Positions 59,601 to 61,582 of a stretch of 61,582 nt of DNA are shown here, in pieces (the stretch's first letter is position 1; each line of letters starts with the position of its first letter). Both the position numbers and the translations under genes were made by a program. This DNA comes from Eledone cirrhosa. Taxonomy: Eukaryota. Below the pieces are notes generated by a model. It was not told the origin of the DNA, made no database searches, and was given only the letters and a program-made list of their open reading frames with translations. The DNA lies in assembly GCA_964016885.1 (NCBI GenBank), contig CAXHJY010000494.1:1-61582 (forward strand), written 5' to 3'.

Positions 59601-60129
59601 GTCGATTTTTCTTCTTTATTTCTTTCTCACTTTCTCTCTCTCACTTTCTCTCTCTCACTTTCTATCTTTGTCTGAAAGAAATCTGCTGTACTCCGCAAGG
59701 TTTAAAATACCCAAATAAAAGCCGTATGTCAATACGGTGCCCCTATGACTCTATCAGGAATTACGGGACAATATCATATCATACATTACTGCGTCGCTTA
59801 GAATATATCGTTGCGTCATGACAAGAGAAGACAACCAGGTACATTATGAAATACCTTTAGTCTTATTCCCGACCTACGGCTCGATCGAACGTTCTCTCTC
59901 CACCACAGTTCTTTAATTATTTTGATACGAAACTGCCTGAAACCACCTCGGGTTTAACGATGCAAAACCTTTTATCTCAATATGAAAATTATATGTAGCA
60001 ACCTATTTGAAGTTATGTTCCACAACCAACATAATAAAAAATATCGTAACGAAAGGGTTAAAGTTTGATGTTATTGAAGCTGAATGATGGGAATCGTGAC
60101 TTTTGAACCTTCTTTATCTACTTCACGTG

Positions 60130-60330
60130 GGGGAATATTCCTCAAACACACCATCCAGCGGGTCATCAAGTTGATCCGGTTTTTTTTGCTTGTAAAATCT
60201 GTCCAGCGATTATGTCCTGTCACCACATTCTAACCACATGCCCGTAGTAATGGAAGTGTGATCTCTTGATGTGGAGAAGGTAGAAGTAGCAACTTTACCT
60301 GGAGGGATTCTCTGATTTCCGAGCTACTTT
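60130..60330 (-). mobile_element. RTE-clade LINE 3' fragment, degenerate
   Basis: Manual translation across a frameshift: SSEIRESLQVKLLL / LHIKRSHFHYYGHVVRM, resembling the RTE 'LRWYGHVxRM' motif. Confidence 0.6.
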
Positions 60331-60879
60331 TGAACCGAACAATAAAATAATATGAACAAGTTTGATAGGATTGACAGCTTATTGATATGAATATCTGAAG
60401 TGTGTTGTTAATATACGTTATATTCTAGTGGGAAGTTAACATTCGACGTGCCAGGTTAAACTGACATTGATGTTCTACTTTCTCTTCACTGGTGAACTAT
60501 TATATTATGTATTCAATTCTGCTCTAAGCAGCTGCTGTATGTTGTAAATACGTATCTGTACAGAAGCAATACAAGATTTCACCGAAATATTTATATATGT
60601 TACTATGTAAATGTGTATTATTTATATATTTCTCATGGCAATTGACTGACAGAGTTGTTGGCACATCAGTTGAGTGCTTCACAGTCCTAGTTCCGGCTCG
60701 ATACGTTCTGAGTTCAACTCCCAACAAGAAATGCTTGTCGTAAGAAGCGACTAAAGGAACGACAAAGAGAAACTGCTAAATTCTTAATGGGGTCGATATG
60801 ACCGACTAAATCCTTTCAGGATGGATCCCCCATTATGGTCACAGCCTAATAATTAAAATCAGTAAAATATTAAAAGAAT

Positions 60880-61318
60880 AATTCCAGTAGAATAATTCAG
60901 GCCCATTGGACCATCAAGCATAAGTAGTGAAAGAGTCACTCGCTGGAAGAAAAACTTAACAAGCTCCCATCTGCAACAACAATGGAGCTAAAGGTCAGCA
61001 AGGCACTGCCCCTCCCCCCGGAGCAGATACAATCTAAACAGTGTGGAAATGCCTCAACAGATTAAGATTTGGTATTGGACGTGTAAAAGTCAATCTGGCA
61101 AAATGGGGATGTTTAAAGGATGGGGACGTTGTGTGTAACTGCCGCATCGAATTACAGACTACGCAGCACCTCCTGATATGCCCCCTGCTGGAACACCCCG
61201 CATAGCATTGGACTTGGCAGAGTTTAATCAGAAAAGACAGCAATGTGTTCATCTGTGGCGAAACCACATCTAACCAAGCTTTGTAGCTGACACTCTTGTA
61301 GACACGATAAGAAGTAGT
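60880..61318 (+). mobile_element. Non-LTR retrotransposon 3' end (Ingi/Vingi- or RTE-X-like) with CCHC knuckle
   Basis: From 61041: VWKCLNRLRFGIGRVKVNLAKWGCLKDGDVVCNCRIELQTTQHLLICP. Clade assignment is from memory of the motif. Confidence 0.7.
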
Positions 61319-61582
61319 TGAATGAGGGGTGACTAAATTTTACGTCAGTGTTCATGAGGTGTGAGTATGTTTGTAATACAGTTCAGAATAGATACACTGT
61401 ATCACTACGTGAACTGTTAGCATCGGGAAAGTCATCCAGTCGTAAACCATTGCCTTTAAAAATGACTTCATTTTGGGTAGAAAGCTTTATCACGAGGATC
61501 GCATGGCTATAACCTGGTTTAGCTGGGAAATTGTCTTAAAGTGTTTAAGGTTGTGTTGTTGTTGCATATACTGTATGTCTGG

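Overview
AT-rich, microsatellite-saturated animal genomic DNA. The SINE families suggest an octopus or other cephalopod, but that is inference. I see no recognisable host protein-coding gene; most ORF-track entries are artefacts of simple repeats. Supported content: (1) a decayed, near-full-length Penelope-like retroelement (RT plus GIY-YIG, minus strand, ~18.4-22.4 kb) with inverted terminal repeats; (2) many short, mutually unrelated cassettes lodged in (TA)n tracts, often folded back as inverted repeats, at least ten sequence families of which carry a type I hammerhead ribozyme (HHR) motif; (3) a 615-bp, 3.2-copy, apparently identical tandem repeat inside (TA)n; (4) a 5'-truncated U6 snRNA copy inside a (TA)n-flanked cassette; (5) two L1/Tx1-like 3' fragments inside (GATA)n; (6) CR1-, RTE- and Ingi/Vingi-like LINE fragments; (7) many tRNA-derived SINEs, some with TSDs, internal tandem amplification or a microinversion. 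The main signal is a dense, diverse set of (TA)n-associated HHR cassettes, with compensatory base changes visible between copies. All folds and alignments were done by eye.
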